The notes beneath the pieces were generated by a model, which did no database searches, was not told the origin of the DNA, and saw nothing but the letters and a program-made list of their open reading frames with translations. DNA of 45,433 nucleotides, the filler included, from Jimgerdemannia flammicorona (lineage: Eukaryota), in assembly GCA_003990765.1 (NCBI GenBank). It is 2 parts of 2 records of this genome, joined end to end, with 100 filler letters (N's around TTAATTAATTAA, not from the genome) between each part and the next. Parts side by side here need not be neighbours in the genome. Positions count along the whole stretch, not along the records: positions 22,769 to 45,433 come from RBNJ01001231.1; 1 more part is not named here. The stretch is one strand, 5' to 3'. Shown here piece after piece: positions 22,795 to 33,600 of this stretch. Numbering within the stretch: the stretch's first letter is position 1; every line of letters begins with the position of its first letter. A program made the position numbers and the translations under genes.

Positions 22795-23143
22795 GGCGGA
22801 GGGAGCGCGCAAAATTTGCGGCCCTCCGCCGGTAGCAAGGGGCAGCCCCAAGCCACAAGTGTCTGGGTCGGGGGGGGAGGCGGAGGGAGCGCGCAAAATT
22901 TGCGGCCCTCCGCCAGCAGCGAGGGGCAGCCCCAAGCTGTCAGCGCCCGGGTCAGTGGGTGGGGTCGGTTGGCGGGCGGGGCAGGCGGAGGGAGCATGCA
23001 AAATTTGTGGCCCTCCACCAGCGGTGTAGGGGCAGCCCCAAGCCGCCAAGGAGTCCAGGGCAGAGGGTGCTTCTGGCAGTCGGAGGGTGCTTCTGGCGGT
23101 CGGAGGGTGCTTCTGGCGGTCGGAGGGCGTTTCCGGCGGTCGA
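22795..23143. repeat. GC-rich array: three hairpin-containing ~60-bp units with variable spacers, then a 21-bp repeat x4
   Basis: GGCGGAGGG-AGCGCGCAAAATTTGCGG-CCCTCCGCC at 22795, 22879 and 22984; (GGAGGGTGCTTCTGGCGGTC)-type units at 23062-23143. Confidence 0.9.
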
Positions 23144-23322
23144 AGTCGCCGGTTCGGGTCCCATGGGCCAAGGGGCCGGTAGGGCCCTGCATAACGGCTA
23201 AGCTAGTACTACATAAGAGGCGCCCGGCCCAACCCCCCTATATAAGACTGCCTAACCCGCACAAAATGGCTGCCTAACCCTCACGAAAGATTGCCTAACC
23301 CTCATGAAAGATTGCCTAACCC

Positions 23323-25300
23323 TCACAGAAACTGCTCCACCCACCGGTCCCAGGCCTTGATGAGCCTGTCATCCATTGTGAGTGTGACGACTATTGTGTC
23401 CGAGCTCTCCTCGAAGGCGACGGTGCCGTAGTGGTCGTGTGGTTGGAATAGGATGGCCGTGTTGGCTGCAAACGGGACCCCGAAACTGTAGGTGAGGTCA
23501 TACCAGACTCCGCCGCTGTCCTCCCAGGTTGGGCCCTTCCTTTCCGGGACGTAAAACATTACCGGGGTGATGTTGTTGTCTGTGTGTGTGGGCAGAGAAA
23601 GGTTGCGCCCAACATATCCTGATGTGACACGAGTGTACGGTTGGGTGAACCCTTGGCCCAGGACCTTATACTGCCAGGCTGTGCTAGTGGATGCCTGCCC
23701 TTGGTCCAGCCCCGGGAGCCCCAGCTTGGAAACCTGCCAAAATGGATAGCAACTGGTCAGTCCTTTTTGTGTTCGGGGGGCAGAAACCCCCCGGGCTGCA
23801 GAAACCCCCCGGGCTGCAGCACCCCGAAAGAGTGGAGCTCCTCACCTCATACGGCACACTAAATTGTGCCAAGAATGTACGTACAGCCGTGCTGAGGTCA
23901 CCACCAAGCTGGCCTGCCATACGCTCTACCAATCTGCTCAAAGAACCCCAGATCATCGCCGCCATCGCCACACAGGCCGTGTCGTGCTCGCGTGCAGTTT
24001 GCTCTTCGACGGCACTTCTAAAGTTCCGGTAGGGGTATAGAATCTTGTGCATCCCTAGAATTATATCAAAAAGAGTATGTCGGTGAAGAGTGTGATTTAT
24101 CTGGGGAGGGGTTAAAAAAAAAGGGAGATGAGTGTGGGGGATTTCGGAACCCACCCTTCGCCAGTATTGCAGTATACCCAATTCCCATCCAAACCCTCCC
24201 TCCTTGCTTTTTTTACCCCCTCTTCCCTGCCACCTGGTATTTGATGCAATCCTCGCAAATCTCATTGATGTGGTGGTGAAGCTCGTCGCCGTAGAGATTC
24301 CTTACCACCATCGCAACCACCTCTCCGCATTCGTTAATAAAGATATGGTTCTCTTCGTCATTGGTTACTCCTGCTGGTCAATGGACCCCTTGGTCGAGTA
24401 TGATTGGCTCTGATTCAAATGTAGACCCCCAAGCCTTGATGACGATGCTGGTACTACTCATGCTGAACATCTTGCCCTCAAATTTCTCTATTTGATCAGA
24501 CGCCAGACTTGGTTGAACTCGGATAACTTTGAACTCTCCTTTCCACTAGAACTGAGCCCTGATCTGAGGGACCGAGATAAGTATACAGACGGGTTGCATG
24601 TGGGTGGGTTGCATGCGGGCGGGTTGTGGGTGGTATGCGGGCGGGTTGCGTGCGGGCGGGCAGGTTGCGTGCGGATGGGTTGCGTGCGGGTTGCATGCGG
24701 GTGTGGGTGTTTTTTAGGGGGAGACTATGTAAAAATGAAATTAAATAAAACACGGAGATGGGTATTTCAGAAAAAGAGCACGAGTGAGTGAGCTGCATGC
24801 CGATGAGTTGCATGCCGACGAGTTGCACGCCGACGAGTTGCACAAGTTGCACAAGAATTGCTCATGAAGGCTTGCTTCTGTTCCTTTTGAGACCTCCGCC
24901 ACACGATGCATTGACTCAACAGCTCAGCCACCAAAGGCATGCCCCACAACGTCCGCCAGCCTTTCTTCATCTTGACCAGATGTTGCGAATAAAGTCAGCA
25001 GATCTCGCCATAGAGCTGTGGACCCTGAGAAAAGCATGAGGTGAATTGGGTCATGCTGGGGAAGTTTAAATAAATAAACATAAGTAAACAAGTGGTGGCC
25101 GAGTGAGCAACCTACATCTACTATCGGCTGCTCCAAAAAGGCTGCCGCGTACATAGCTGTGAGGTCTGTGAATTCTGAGGTCTGAAGGGCCACCATGAGT
25201 TGTTGCCGGAATTCTCCCTCATCCCCGCCATCGCCATCGCCACCGCCACCACCACCGCCGTCACCCCTTTGGCTCTCGATGAGCAGCTTGTGTGCTGTCT
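23323..25300 (-). pseudogene. TET/JBP-family 2OG-Fe(II) dioxygenase, multi-exon, with premature stops
   Basis: Phase-0 exons 24563-24234, 24100-23846 and 23733-23323 splice in frame: HIFINECGEVVAMVVRN...GMHKILYPYRN...NLSLPTHTDNN (HxD 23578-23586)...GGVWYDLTYSFGV...ILFQPHDHYGT...RLIKAW. Stops at 24546-48 (TAG), 24378-80 (TGA) and 24995-97 (TGA). Upstream exons are less certain. Confidence 0.72.
24590..24855. repeat. intronic short tandem repeats (GGGTTGCGTGC-type and 15-bp GAGTTGCATGCCGAC-type)
   Basis: Directly visible. Confidence 0.8.
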
Positions 25301-25574
25301 ATATGAGAAAGAATCTAACATTGTCAGCAGAGAGTGCATTTCCACCTTGAATACTCCCTCTTTTGACGATCATTGCAGAGTGAAAAATGAGTAGACTGGA
25401 CCAACGTACGAATTTAGGGCTGCTGTTTTGTTTGCTCGTAATGCGGCAGGAAAGAACAAAGAAAAAGAACAAAGAAAAGAGAGGGAACAAAGGAAAGGGT
25501 GATGTCACCAAAGTGCGGCAGGAAAAAAAAATAAGAGCGAAATGAACAAAAGAAGGGGTGATGTCACCAAAGAT

Positions 25575-25771
25575 TTCAATCCAAATGGATCAATCCGGAT
25601 GGGTCAATCCGGATGGGTCAATCCGGATGGATCAATCCAGATGGATCAATCTGGATCAATCCAGATCAATCCGGATCAGATCACGAGACCAATCCGAGTT
25701 GATTCGAATCCATCACATGACAAATCTGAATCAAATCTCATCCGGATCAACTCCATTCGTTCGGAGCACTA
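25575..25771. mobile_element. DNA-transposon end: GGATCAATCC/ATCCGGAT subterminal repeats ending in TIR ...TTCGGAGCACTA
   Basis: The terminus is the reverse complement of TAGTGCTCC, resembling the MITE ends at 29487, 29702, 30103 and 30327. It sits exactly at the break in the dUTPase frame. Confidence 0.75.
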
Positions 25772-26120
25772 GTTGTAGGATCAGAAAGATCAACATTTGT
25801 GCCAATCAGTCCTTCTTCTTGACTGGAAATGGGATTGTAGAATTGTGATTCCTAGCAATGAGTAGAATTTCTCCAGTATAGTCTGAATCGATAACTCCTC
25901 CTTCGATTGTGATTTCGCTTCTAGCCAGGTTGCTTCTTGTCTTGAGAATCCTGACATGATCCTTTGGGATAGTCATCTCCAGTCCAGTTGCGAGTAGGGT
26001 GGTTGTCTGGGGTTCCAGTACAGTCTCTTCTACTGTAGTGATGTCCATTCCGGCTGCATTTTCTGACTTATATTCTGGCAAGACTGCATCAGGGTGGATC
26101 TTTTGAATCTTGACCTTGAT
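25772..26120 (-). pseudogene. dut: retroelement-borne dUTPase domain
   Basis: Trimeric dUTPase motifs 1-4 are recognisable. The motif-4 Arg is TGA, and motif 5 is cut off by the insertion ending at 25771. Confidence 0.9.
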
Positions 26121-28569
26121 TTCTTCTTCATCATCACTGTCCTCCAGGAGGGCTGGTGGTTCATCATCTTCCTCCTTCTCTTCTTCCCTGATCTGTTTTT
26201 TGAGAGCTTTCTGCCTTCTTTCCTGGTGGTTCTTCTTGATTCTGATAGTACACTGGTAACAATCATTGATATACTCTATATAGTACATCTTGATCCCATG
26301 AGGACAGATTCCTTGTGGGACATAACCTTCTGTGATCTTCTTGTACCATTCTTCTTTACTTATCTATCCAACTTTCTTCTTCTTTGGAGTAGTCACCATA
26401 TAAGCTTCCTCTTGCTTGCTCTCTTCTTCCTCTATGTTAGGCAGGACTCCTTTATTGACATTGATGGGAATTCATATCTTCTATCTCCGGTAGGTGATCT
26501 GCATCTTCTGGGCATTGAGATCAATTACTGCTTTGGCTTTGTGAAGCCATTGATTGCTGATGAGGATGTCATAGTTAGTGGCATTGATTACAATTACATC
26601 TACTGAGATGGTTGCTCCTCCAATCTTGATGGGAATATCTTGGATCTTTCCCAGAGGTGTGGCTCTTGTGCCATTGGCTGTGATGAATACCAGCTTAGTT
26701 GCTTCTTCTACATTCCAACCTAGGCAGTCCGCTGCCTTCTTGCTGAGGAGACATCCTCCTGCTCCCGTATTAATGATGGCTTTAAAGATTCTATCTTCAA
26801 TTTGGCATATTGCATAAGCAGAGGTTTTGCAATTGTCCTCACTTTCTTCTCCTGAGTCCTCTTGAACATTATTGGTCTCAGTTATCTTCCATCCTTATTC
26901 CTTAGTTGTTTCGGCAAGTCCAAACCTCATTTGCTGTCTAAATGTTAGGATTTCTGTGAGCTGACCAAAGGTTGCATTGATCTTTTATTGACTAAGGTCC
27001 TTAAAGATATCATACTTGAAGGTCTTGGTCTTGTGAAGCTTCTTTTCTTTTTCTCTTTTACTGGCTAGAGTGGTTCCTTGGATAATATCTTGAACTGCTT
27101 GTTCCAGCTTCATATCTTGGTCCATCTCTTCAGCTTGGCTTTTGGTGGCCGTTTCCATCTGCTTTTCTACTGGGTTCTTCTTGGGTCTTCCTGGTGGTCT
27201 TTTGTAGAGTTCCTTGTGAACATCCTTCTTAGTAGTCTGAGCAGGATAAGCCTCCCATTCTTCTTCATCAGAATCTCCAATTTCCTTGAAGGTAATTGTA
27301 TTGGCCTGCTCCTTGTTTCATATAGCATTGCTTGATTGAGCCTTATACTTGGTTTTACTCATACATTCATAGGAGTAGTGGCCTTCTTCTCTGCAAGTAT
27401 AGTAAGTGCCTTTCTTCTTGTCTGAGGTGGTGGCAAACTTCTGGACAGGGTGGCAGTCTCTTCCTCGAATTTTCTTTACTACATCTCCCAGGTGGGCAGT
27501 CATTTCGGCAAACCTTTTGGCGAGTTCCTCCATAGGGTCACTGTTCTTTTGCTGCTCTGTAGCTTTTGGCTGAGGTATGTTTCGATTGATCATTGTGGTA
27601 GGGATCATACTAATTACCTTGAGTGCTTCGATTTTGACTCCCATGACCCTTTCCATTGTATGGTCTTATGGATGTCTGGCTATCCAGTATCACTGAGCAT
27701 AGGTGACCTTCTGTGGCAGATCCAGAATTACTGGTGATGAACAGATGGCCATGGCTATTTCTGGGTGGACTCCTTTCATGAAAATTGCTTTGGCTACTTG
27801 ATATCAGATAGCAGCAGCATAATCTACAAGGATTATCTGATATCGAATTCTGGTATAGATGTGTTTAGATCCTTGCTCATTCCTTGGTATGTTGTATTGA
27901 GCTGATCCTTCAGGGCTTGTTTGATCTCGTCTGTATAATATGTATTTCAGAGCCAGGTCTTCTGTGCTATCAGTATAGCATTGTCATCATTTTCTGCATG
28001 AGTTGTGGCTGTGAATACTACTCTGGCAGGACCTTGTAGGCTGAAGAGCATGAGGGCTACTTGCTGTACTGCTGTCAGGGTCCTTACAGTGGCATACTGC
28101 TCAAAATCATCAATGAAGGTAATGATTAATTCATCTGAGGTATATGTATCTATAGAATACTGGTGGTCTCATATCTATCTTATCTGGGTATTGGGGCTTG
28201 GTTTGTATGGTTGTTTGGATAGTAGCAGTTGTTCGTTATTCAGCTTGAAAGTGAGGGATTCATCTTGAATCACCAGCCAATGGCACCAAGTTGTAATGTA
28301 GTGGATGCTTACTCTTGAAAGTACATTAGATTTCTGTATCTTAAAAACTGACTGTTCTGACTCTTGCAGAGTCTCTTGAAGTTGCAGGAGAGGGTGGGTG
28401 AGTTCGAAGTGTATCTGCCCACAGGCTTACTAGTTCCTTTGCTATCTCTTTGCTTTGAACTATTTCTATCTGAGGTTTATTTACTCGAAGATACTGGGTT
28501 ATTTATACAAGTTTTGCTAGCTATGAGATGGTTACTGGGTTACATGGCTAAGTTATGAGTCATTTAACA
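25772..28569 (-). mobile_element. Ty3/Gypsy-like LTR retrotransposon 5' part: LTR, PBS, gag, protease, dUTPase (degenerate)
   Basis: TG...CA LTR at 28292-28569 and PBS TGGTGCCATTGG. Gag includes FIDDFEQYA...LQGPA and the knuckle YYTCREEGHYSYEC; protease is IINTGAG; dUTPase is AAGMDI...KTRSNLA...GGVIDSDYTGEI...KD*LAQML. Confidence 0.9.
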
Positions 28570-29486
28570 CTTTGCAAAATATTTTGCCAGTTGCAAAATG
28601 CTATACTATATCAAGAAGCTCAATCTCGCACTTTGTGAAATATTTAGCAAGTGGTAAAATCAAGGACTGCTTACTATGTAGCTATACTACTTTGGGACTG
28701 GATGTGATCAAGTGTCTGTTCCCTATTTCCTTCTTCCGAATCTGGCTATATCATCATAATATATATAATGATTTATTATACTCTTTTCTTTTTTGTCTGA
28801 ACCTATTTATTGAATTTGATACTAAACTCTAGATATTTATTAAACTGAAGGACAGTATACTAGACTACTTGAAAAATAATACTATTTTATTATTTATTAC
28901 TCAAATTAGTAATATTCTCAGAGAATACTCTATAGAAGTAGTCAAGAACTTAGGATTAGATATAAAAAAGGATATAAAGTCTTTTGGTAATAATATAGAT
29001 ATAATTATTATTAAAAAGATAAACTTATTACTTAGTATTACTAAAAGTAGCTTATTTATAGATAAGATATCTGATCTTATAGTACTTCTTTAATTCTTAT
29101 TAATGGTAGAAGACCTGAAAATATTGGATTCTTCTAAGATATTATTGGACTTTATTTGGATCTAGATCTTCAGAAGTTTAGTTAAATTCTATTGACATTT
29201 AATAGCTATAAGGATAGTAGTAGTGATTTTGTTTTTAGTTTATTCTTAGTATCTTTACTAAGTACTCATATTGATATCAGAAGTATTTAGAAGTATAGCT
29301 GTCTTTTAGAAATTTCATCAGAATTTTCATTATATTAGATATTTATATCAGATTACTGCTTCTTCTGTATTTAGCAAAAGTTATCTTCTTTTTTTCAGAT
29401 GATATCATACTTAGAGTATTCTTTCTATTTTATAAGATAGTACCAGGTAAACTTAACAGCTTATTCAAATTAGTAGTTCTTGTAAT

Positions 29487-30327
29487 TAGTACTCTTAATA
29501 AATTAAATTGAATTAAATATGACCTAAATTCAATTTGATTTAATTTGATCAAATTAAGGTCTAATTTGATTTGATTCAAATTAAATTAAATACTAATTCA
29601 ATTCAAAATTTAATTTGAATCCTATTTTTTGAAATAATAACTCAACAAACATATATCTAAATTTAATAGTCTTTAGCTTATTAGATTCTCCTATATATAG
29701 TTAGTGCTCTCAATAAATCAAATTGAATTGAGGTCTAATTCAATTTAATTTGAATCAAATCAAGGTCCAATTCAATTTGATTTAAATTTCAATTTGAACC
29801 TAAATTTTTAAAATTCAATAACTTGATGGAAAAATGTCCAAATTTAATAATATTTATTATACTGGATTTGCCTTATTAAAGCGAATCTAACAAGCTAAAA
29901 TTCATCAAATTTGGATATATTTTCATCAAGTTATTATATTTCAAAGTTTGACTTTCAATTTCAAATTAAATCAGACCTCAATTCAATTCAAACTCAATTC
30001 AATTGGAATCCAATTTGAATTGAAAAATTCTCAATTTGATTTGATTCAAATCACTCTCAATTTAATTCAATTCAAATTGATTCAATTCATTTTGGGAGTA
30101 CTATATAGTAAATCTAATAAGCTAAAGAATATTAAATTTAGATATATTTTTATTGAGTTATTATATTTCTAAAAATAAGAGTTGAATTAGACTCTTGATT
30201 TAATTTGAATTTTATTTAATTCAAAATTTATTTGAATTAAAAATCTCTAATTCAATTTTATTCAAATAATTCTCAATTCAATTTAATTCAATTCAAATTG
30301 ATTTATATAATTTATTTAGGAGTACTA
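29487..30327. mobile_element. palindromic hAT-like MITE (outer), 8-bp TSD CTTGTAAT
   Basis: Ends TAGTACTC...GAGTACTA. CTTGTAAT occurs at 29479-29486 and 30328-30335. The arms are long imperfect inverted repeats. Confidence 0.9.
29702..30103. mobile_element. second palindromic MITE of the same family nested at the centre of the first
   Basis: Ends TAGTGCTC...GAGTACTA, internal palindrome centred near 29875, imperfect flanking duplication TATAGT. Confidence 0.85.
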
Positions 30328-30679
30328 CTTGTAATCCAAAATATAATTGACTTTATATTCTAGTTCTTGGTTGATAATAATTAAATCTGAGGATAGTACT
30401 GTTCTTTCTTTAAAGATATTTTCAGTATATAGTATAATAAGTAAATAGTATAATATAGCTAAATAATGTGAACTCCCAGTATAGTATAGTTTCTTATGTC
30501 CACTATACTTATAATTAGCCAGAATACCAAATCAAGATTATTTATCTATATTCTGAGAATATACCTATATTTGGCAGACATACTCATATTCTGCAGATAC
30601 ACTTATATCCTATAAATAAACTCAAACATTACCAGAAATAGTAAATCTATAATTATCCAGATAGTAACCAGATAGCAAC

Positions 30680-33600
30680 TATAATGTATAAAATACCCCA
30701 GAGATAGGAGTAAATAAACCTCAGTCTAAAAAGTCCAAAATTCAAAGTAAAAGATAAGTCTGCCTATTATACTTTGAGAGATATATCTATCAAAAGCTAC
30801 TTGATCTAGGAAAGATTACAATATTTAGGAGAAATACCTACTCTAAAGCTACTACTAGGAGATTATGAGTATTGGTTCTTTTTTTCTACTTCAGTCTACT
30901 TTCTGATATAAAGAATGAGCTTGTTTTTGGTCTGCTTATCAGATAAACCTAAAGAATTCAAGAAATTCATTAAGTTTGAGTAAAGAACTTTGCTACTATT
31001 TGAGTAATCTGCTACTTAAGAAAAAGCTACCATTTTTAAGAAATCTGCCATCTTGTCACAAAGCCAGTCTAATGATATGTATAACTCTATATAAATGAAG
31101 CCAGTCTTATAGTAACTTTGCTCAAGAAACCTGCTATTCTCAGAGAGCCACTAATTCAAAAAGAATCTGTAATATCTGAGCTATCTGAGTTATCTAAATT
31201 ATCTACATCATCTGAGTTATTTATCTATTCCCAGTAAGCCTGATTCAGAAGAATCTGTGCCATCTAAGTTATTTCCTAGAAGCTGCTAATTTAGGAGAAT
31301 CTGCACCAAATTAAGTTATCTGCCAAATTGTATAAGGAAATCTACCAAGATTGTTATATCAGAAATCATATACTTTTGGAGATCATTATACTATACAGAG
31401 ATTGCCTACTATTCAAGAAAAAAACTACTAAATTATCAGATTATTCTACATAAGAAACCTGTCGCACTATACAAAGAGATTGTCATACAGAAATTGTATA
31501 AAGAAATCCATTGTACTATATAAGACCATCATATAAAATTGCTGCTATACTCAAGAACCTATCTCAATAAAAAAATTGCTCACAGATATCTAGCTTTAAC
31601 TATTATACTACTAAATACCAAGGATCTCAGAAATCTTAGAACATTTTATTACTTTTTAACAAAGTAACTAAGAGCTCAAGCCAAACTACATTAACTCCCA
31701 ACCTTATAATTTATCTCCATTGAGTCAGGCATATTATATTTAGGAGCTCAACTGGAAATAGATTTCAAAATCGACATAACTTTTTGGCTTACAAGAACCT
31801 ACAGTCAAACTGGATACATTTGATATAACACTAACCTCTGCTACTATAGAAGAACTAGTCATCACTAGCATTTGGACAGAAAGAGAAGTAATTACTTCAA
31901 GACTTACATATAACTACTCAGTATTAGAGGGATCCTAACCAGAAGCCAGTATAGTATAGAATCCTCAGACAGCACCAACAGACTTATTATAGGATCAACC
32001 AGATCAATCAGATTATACAGACAGTCCCACTAGAGTTTTTGATGAGCTTGTATAATAATTTGAAGACCTTATTTTATGAGCCTGAGTTCCTACAGAAGAC
32101 CTACTAATTTTGCCTATTAATTTCCTACCACCAGCTGCCACAAAATAGGAAGACCAAAGAATAGCTCCATCAAGAATACCTAGACCTATTCTATCTTATC
32201 CAAGATCCCCAATACCATCCTCAGAATATCCAAGTATCCTAAACTCTAGCAAAAATTCAGAGAGTGAATCAGAATCTGAATTAGAATCAGAATCAGTACT
32301 AGAATCAGAACCAGAATTAGAAGACAGTGATGACAAAATAGCCATCCTATTGCCAATCTTTGCAGAATATCCAGATGAAGACCCAAGAGAATTCCTTGAT
32401 AAAATTGAAGGAATTGCAGCCCTGAAGAACCTTTCTCATAAAAGAAAAACTACTATATACAAGACTCAACTCAGAGAACTAGCTAAAGGAATTTTCACCC
32501 AAGCTATGAATGACATAAACTCAGATCTTAGAGCTGCTATCTATATAGCACCAATCTGGCTAGCAGAGTATCAAACCATGACCCACTGGTTTATTGAGAA
32601 GTATGTAGGAAATGAGATCTGCCATAGACCCAAGAATCTATTATGAGAATGAAGATAAATCTTGAAGAATTGCCCAGAGTTTTCTTTACAAGAATCCAGA
32701 AAAGAATACATACAGCCAGGTTCAATGCCACCAACCAAGACATCATAGGTCCAATGACTTTCATAAATGTGATTTTGCCAAACATTGCTCAGTATGTCTA
32801 TACTCTAGATATCAGAAGGTCTAAGAAATAAGTAGATGTAGCCCAAGGATTTTTTGATATCAGATAAGAAACTATCTGGAGTGACTATGATAAGAAGGAT
32901 GACAAAGAAGACATCCTGGTCAAAACCCTATAAGGACTCCTTCAAGGATAGGAGAGATCTGAAGAAAAAAGGCCAGCCAAAAAAGAAAAGAAGAATAGGA
33001 GTGAAATTCAAGATATTAGTTCTAAGTTGAACTGATTGGTTAGATAGATTGAAAAACTCACTATATGTAAAAATCAGAGTTATCAACAAGACAACAGAGG
33101 ATATCCACTACAGAGGAACCAAGGTTATCTGCTCAGAGATAACAGGAGTTACCCACAAGAAGAAAGAAGATATCCTATCTGGGACAGAGCCCAAGTCCAA
33201 TACTTTCACTGTAGATAATTCAGACACTATATCACTAAATGTGACAATAAAAGAAGTGACCAAAGGGACTCAGAATTACTAAACCAAAGGAATGAAACCT
33301 AGTATAAGAAGACTGAGACCCATTCTGTCAAAGATTTTAAGAAAGAAAGCAATAGTGAAGACTACAGTGACCTGGACTTGTATCCAGCCAAAGTCATCAC
33401 CCAAAAGACAGTTTATCTAGCAGAGAAAAGGAAGAGGCCTGTAGGAAGGCCATTCAGGAATACCAGCAGAAGAATCCAAGAGAAGGATGAAGAATATGAA
33501 GAGGAGCAAGTGGAAATACCTCTCTATTCTCTCTTATCTTTTGTCTCTGAAACAAATGAACTGCCTCTAGAGGATGAAGAAATGGAGCAAGAAAAATGGA

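Noticed and set aside
22795..23060. CRISPR array
   Set aside because: Only three long units with unequal low-complexity spacers, no cas genes, and a eukaryotic transposon context.
22713..23277. Pro/Gly-rich ORFs
   Set aside because: By-products of GC-rich tandem repeats, some running into the N gap.
23249..23327. Telomere repeat
   Set aside because: TAACCC occurs once per 21-22-bp unit, not as a hexamer run.
22769..25771. KDZ or hAT transposase next to the TET gene
   Set aside because: No transposase motif was recognised in the available sequence; it may lie beyond the contig end.
26094..26606. 170-aa hydrophobic plus-strand ORF as a membrane protein
   Set aside because: Antisense shadow of the K/E-rich Ty3 polyprotein. 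The same applies to ORFs opposite LINE ORF1, such as 19960-20499 and 38864-39406.
28700..29470. Specific call for decayed AT-rich coding relics (also 43290-44400)
   Set aside because: Too mutated to assign by eye.
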